NCBI GenBank assembly: GCA_017854675.1
Contig: JAFMHE010000001.1
Span: 1 to 43,873 of the forward strand
DNA from: Paracoccaceae bacterium
GTDB lineage: Bacteria > Pseudomonadota > Alphaproteobacteria > Rhodobacterales > Rhodobacteraceae
DNA length: 43,873 nucleotides
Reading direction: 5' to 3'
This document shows, piece by piece, positions 40,389-43,873 of the stretch; the stretch's first letter is position 1, and each line of letters opens with the position of its first letter. The translations under genes were made by a program, and so were the position numbers. A model generated the notes under the pieces. It saw only the letters and a program-made list of their open reading frames with translations, searched no databases and was not told the origin of the DNA.

Positions 40389-40934
40389 TTATTTTGGCAG
40401 CGGTCCGATCAGCATGACCATCTGGCGGCCTTCCATTTTCGGAAAGTTCTCTACGCGGCCTGCCTCTTTGGTGTCTTCGGCGACACGCTCCAACAGTTCG
40501 CGGCCAAGGTTCTGGTGCGCCATTTCGCGACCCCGGAAACGCAAAGTAATTTTTACTTTGTCGCCGTTCTCAAGGAACTTGAAGACATTGCGCATCTTAA
40601 CTTCGTAATCGTTCGTGTCCGTGTTCGGGCGGAACTTGACCTCTTTGATCTCGATGATCTTTTGCTTTTTGCGGGCCTCGGCCTCGCGCTTTTGGGTCTC
40701 GTATTTGAACTTGCCAAAGTCCATAATCTTGCAAACCGGCGGGTTTGCGTTTGGCGAAATCTCAACAAGATCCAGCCCGGCTTCTTCGGCCAGAACCATG
40801 GCGCGGGCGGGCGTTACAACGCCACCATTTTCGCCATCGGCGCCAATCAGGCGGATTTCAGGGGAGCGGATGTTCTCGTTGACGCGCGGGCCAGTGTCAC
40901 GTTGTGGCGGCGCATTGTGGGGTCTGCGAGCGAT
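40389..40934 (-). CDS. infC: Translation initiation factor IF-3 (non-canonical ATC start)
   Basis: [22 protein letters not shown] and RFRGRE motifs. The frame extends past 40799 to AAAGGA-N8-ATC GCT CGC AGA ([23 protein letters not shown]). Confidence 0.95.
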   Translation of the reverse strand: MARRPHNAPPQRDTGPRVNENIRSPEIRLIGADGENGGVVTPARAMVLAEEAGLDLVEISPNANPPVCKIMDFGKFKYETQKREAEARKKQKIIEIKEVKFRPNTDTNDYEVKMRNVFKFLENGDKVKITLRFRGREMAHQNLGRELLERVAEDTKEAGRVENFPKMEGRQMVMLIGPLPK

Positions 40935-41135
40935 GATGGTCGTCCTTTGATTGTGGTAGAATTTCAGAGTGTAAAGTAGCTGCGCTCGTGCGCTTCTTCA
41001 AGCTGCTATTTTAGGCTAAATGCCGCGCAAAAGCGGAATTTCCCCTTGAACCTTCCGGGTTTCGCGCGCATCTCGCCAAATACAACGGAAAAGGCTGCCG
41101 ATGTCGGTGTGCTGTAATCTGATAGGGGATAAATT

Positions 41136-42017
41136 ATGAAGAATTTGGTTTGGATTGTATTGGCTGCGATCATCGCGGTTGGTGGATACATGCTGTATTC
41201 CGGCAAATCACCGACCGAGGTGGCAACTGAAGCTGCCGATGCTGTGAATGCGCCAGAGGCGCTGGAAGCCGCAACCGAGGCCGCGGGCGAAGCCGCCGAA
41301 GATGCAGCCGCCGTCGCAACCGAGGCGGCGTCTGCTGTAACAGAGACTGCTTCCGAAGCAGTAGAGGCCGTTACCGAGACCGCGACAGAGGCTGCCGAAG
41401 CCGCGACAGACGCGGCAGCATCCTTGGCCGAGACGGCTGGCGAAGCTGCGGACACTGCAACCGAGGCAGCCAGCGATGCAGCTGAAGCCGTAGCTGAGAC
41501 AGCAAGTGAAGCGGTAGATGCCGCGTCAGAAGCTGCAACAGATGCTGTAGATGCGGTAACAGGTGCTGCCGAAACCACGACCGAGACTGCAACAGAAACA
41601 GCAACTGATGCGGTGTCTGCAACGACCGAAGCAGCGACCGAGGCGGCAGAGACTGCTACACAAGCAGCAACCGATGCTGCGACAGCAACGACCGAGGCGG
41701 CAACTGAAGCGACCGAGGCCGCAACCGACACGGCCACTGCAACCACTGAGGCAGCAACAGAGACGACAACCGAAGCTGTTGATACCGCGACTGAGGCCGT
41801 AACCACTGGCACAGAAGCTGTGAACGAGGCGACAATGCTTGAGCAACTTTTGAGCGTTGAAGGCTTTGACATGGCCAAAGTTTCTGAAATGCTTGAAGGT
41901 TCCGATCTGGGCACGTTTCAGAAAACCACTTTGTCAGCGGGTTTGAAGGCAGCACAGGACAACCCTGAACTGTTGAAAGTTGCGCTTGAGAAAGTACGCG
42001 AAGCGCTGAACATGTAA
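41136..42017 (+). CDS. Membrane-anchored Ala/Thr/Glu/Asp-rich low-complexity protein
   Basis: AGGGGA RBS, N-terminal TM, about 200 aa of degenerate A/T/E/D repeats, short helical C-terminal domain, own terminator. Confidence 0.85.
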   Translation: MKNLVWIVLAAIIAVGGYMLYSGKSPTEVATEAADAVNAPEALEAATEAAGEAAEDAAAVATEAASAVTETASEAVEAVTETATEAAEAATDAAASLAETAGEAADTATEAASDAAEAVAETASEAVDAASEAATDAVDAVTGAAETTTETATETATDAVSATTEAATEAAETATQAATDAATATTEAATEATEAATDTATATTEAATETTTEAVDTATEAVTTGTEAVNEATMLEQLLSVEGFDMAKVSEMLEGSDLGTFQKTTLSAGLKAAQDNPELLKVALEKVREALNM

Positions 42018-42041
42018 TCTGGTAGACGGCACTGCGACATA

Positions 42042-42076
42042 GAAAACCCGCGTCCTGAAAAGGGCGCGGGTTTTTC
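42042..42076. terminator. Bidirectional rho-independent terminator
   Basis: GAAAACCCGCGTCC-loop-GGGCGCGGGTTTTTC between convergent genes. Confidence 0.85.
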
Positions 42077-42112
42077 GTTTCTACAGCGTCTTCGTTGAAA
42101 AGAGGGCCCGGT

Positions 42113-42961
42113 TTAACCGACGAAGGCTTTTTCGATCACGAAAGTTTTGGGGTCAGAATTGGCACCTTCTTCAAGGCCGAAACCCTCAAGGATTGCCTTG
42201 ATGTCCTTGTTGAACTCAAGGCTGCCGCAGACCATCGCGCGGTCGGTATCTGGAGTAATCGGTTCAATGTCGAGGTCGTTGAAAACAGTTCCATCCTGCA
42301 ACAGCGTCGTGATGCGGCCCATCTTCGGGCTCTGCTCGCGCGTTGTGGTGGGGTAGTAGCGGATCTTGGCGAGGTTCTGGGGGCCGATCAACTCCTGCAT
42401 CATTTCATCGGCTTTCAGGTCTTCGATCAACGTGTGGCCATACGCCAGTTCAGCCACATCGCGGGTGGTGTGGGTGATGATCACCTCGTCATAATTCTCA
42501 TAGGTCTCGGGTTCGCGCAGCAGCGATGCGAAGGGCGCAAAGCCGGTGCCAGTTGCAAAGAACCACAGGCGTTTTCCGGGCAGCAGCGCATCATGGACCA
42601 AGGTGCCGACAGGTTTGGGGCGCAAGATAATCTCGTCGCCGACCTGAATATGCTGAAGCTTGGACGTCAGCGGGCCGTCTTGCACTTTGATCGAATAGAA
42701 CTCCAGCTCGTCGTCCCACGACGGGGATGCGATGGAATAGGCGCGCAGCAGCGGTTTTTGCTTGCCGGTTTCGGGGTGCGGATCGCCCATCAGGCCAATC
42801 ATCACGAATTCGCCCGACCGGAACCGCAACGACGCTGGCCGCGTCACGCGGAACGAAAACAGCCTGTCGGTCCAGTGTTTCACAGACGTCACGGTCTGGG
42901 CGTCGGGCAGGGTCGGTACGGGCTTGGCGTTGGTTTGGGTCACGGGTGTTTGCTCTGTCAT
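42113..42961 (-). CDS. fpr: Ferredoxin--NADP+ reductase
   Basis: Start ATG 42961 (MTEQTPV). RAYSIAS, GPLTSKL, ATGTGFAPF, MVCGS and EKAFVG motifs. Confidence 0.94.
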   Translation of the reverse strand: MTEQTPVTQTNAKPVPTLPDAQTVTSVKHWTDRLFSFRVTRPASLRFRSGEFVMIGLMGDPHPETGKQKPLLRAYSIASPSWDDELEFYSIKVQDGPLTSKLQHIQVGDEIILRPKPVGTLVHDALLPGKRLWFFATGTGFAPFASLLREPETYENYDEVIITHTTRDVAELAYGHTLIEDLKADEMMQELIGPQNLAKIRYYPTTTREQSPKMGRITTLLQDGTVFNDLDIEPITPDTDRAMVCGSLEFNKDIKAILEGFGLEEGANSDPKTFVIEKAFVG

Positions 42962-43038
42962 GGGTCCATCTGCGCAAGCGAACGCTTGCGACCTTTGTGT
43001 AGAAGATCGGGGAAGGTGGTGCAATCGGCGGGGACGTT

Positions 43039-43449
43039 TTAGGACGCTGTGCCGCGCAGGCGGGACTGATAATCGTGGGCTTTCCAATCGGCGCGATACT
43101 GCCACTGCGCTGCGGGTTGGCGGGCGGCGACGTCATCGTTGACTTCGACCTCGTCAAATCCTGCGCGCCGCGCCATGGCGTATTGGTCGGCTAGAATGTG
43201 ACCACGCGCCCGCAACCGGCCTGTGAACCCTCGCAGGCGCAGCGCACGTGCGATGGTAAACCCGCGCCCGTCTGCCGATGAGGGAAAGTCGATGCGGATC
43301 ATTTCAAGCGTTGTGTTGAGGTCGATCGTCTGCGGATCGGCGTCCGGCGCGAGGTCGAGCGCGCGACAGTCGTTGGCTGCACCTGCGGCGCAAAAGCCGT
43401 GGGTCCAGTCGTCGGTTACAAATCCGGTGTCGTTGATGAGTTGGGTCAT
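43039..43449 (-). CDS. DUF934 domain protein (sulfite reductase-associated)
   Basis: Start ATG 43449. IDFPSSADGRGFTIAR, LRARGHILADQ and RRAGFD motifs. Confidence 0.9.
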   Translation of the reverse strand: MTQLINDTGFVTDDWTHGFCAAGAANDCRALDLAPDADPQTIDLNTTLEMIRIDFPSSADGRGFTIARALRLRGFTGRLRARGHILADQYAMARRAGFDEVEVNDDVAARQPAAQWQYRADWKAHDYQSRLRGTAS

Positions 43450-43552
43450 ATCGGTCTTTCGGATGGTCTGTACACGCCGCCTTGCGGGTGGTTGGCGGGC
43501 CATGGGGGGCAGGCAGTGCGCAGATTAGTTTAAGCAGGCATGGATATTCGGG

Positions 43553-43873
43553 TCAGGCTGCGGATGCTTGTTTATGAGGATAGAGTGCCGCCTTGAACGG
43601 GGCGAGGCCAAGACGGCGATAGGCTTGCAAAAACGTCTCGGAAGGGTCGCTGCGCAGATCGAGGTAGGCCATGACAATGCGTTCGACCGCCGGAATGATC
43701 TCATCGGCGGAAAAACCAGGGCCTGCGCGTTCACCGATCTGGGCGTCCTCGGTCCCATCACCACCCAGCGTGATCTGGTAGTTTTCTACGCCTGCGCGGT
43801 CGAGGCCCAGAATGCCGATGTGGCCAACATGGTGGTGCCCGCAAGCGTTGATGCAGCCGGAGATTTTGATCTT
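43553..43873 (-). CDS. cysI: Sulfite/nitrite reductase hemoprotein (CysI-like), 3' end only
   Basis: Not in ORF track. Manual translation: KIKISGCINACGHHHVGHIGILGLDRAGVENYQITLGGDG...YRRLGLAPFKAALYPHKQASAA*, containing the siroheme/FeS motif SGCxNxC. Confidence 0.9.
   Translation of the reverse strand, partial: KIKISGCINACGHHHVGHIGILGLDRAGVENYQITLGGDGTEDAQIGERAGPGFSADEIIPAVERIVMAYLDLRSDPSETFLQAYRRLGLAPFKAALYPHKQASAA

Noticed and set aside
41006-41914. 302-aa Ser/Val/Ala-rich minus-strand ORF
   Set aside because: Mirror of the low-complexity plus-strand gene, which has the RBS, TM anchor and terminator.

Overview
A 43.9-kb, mostly core-chromosome region of a marine alphaproteobacterium, inferred from gene content and order to be Roseobacter-group (Sulfitobacter/Roseobacter-like). 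Left to right: bactofilin (partial) with an M23 peptidase, a DUF455 ferritin-like protein with bcp, a YhdP/AsmA-like gene split by a 65-bp tandem duplication, queA, two MFS transporters, DUF924, lpdA, uvrA with an alphaproteobacterial LexA box, a valine-catabolism operon (mmsA-acd-hibch-mmsB) followed by an MmgE/PrpD gene and facing a LysR, CBS protein-coaD, two divergent gap paralogues, DUF808, tkt, zauP-like/zapA, a Popeye-like membrane cNMP-binding protein, bolA-ORF-grxD, xdhC-Moco protein-form II coxSLM, infC with an ATC start, an extremely acidic low-complexity membrane protein, and the end of a cysI-DUF934-fpr operon lacking cysH. No rRNA, tRNA, CRISPR array, transposase or phage gene was recognised. 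I found no clear-cut novel multi-gene system. The best leads are the Popeye-like protein, a 23-bp dispersed intergenic element (two copies form exact inverted repeats around mmsA), the missing cysH, the gap pair with different cofactor signatures, and the yhdP duplication. All family assignments come from motif recognition, not database searches.
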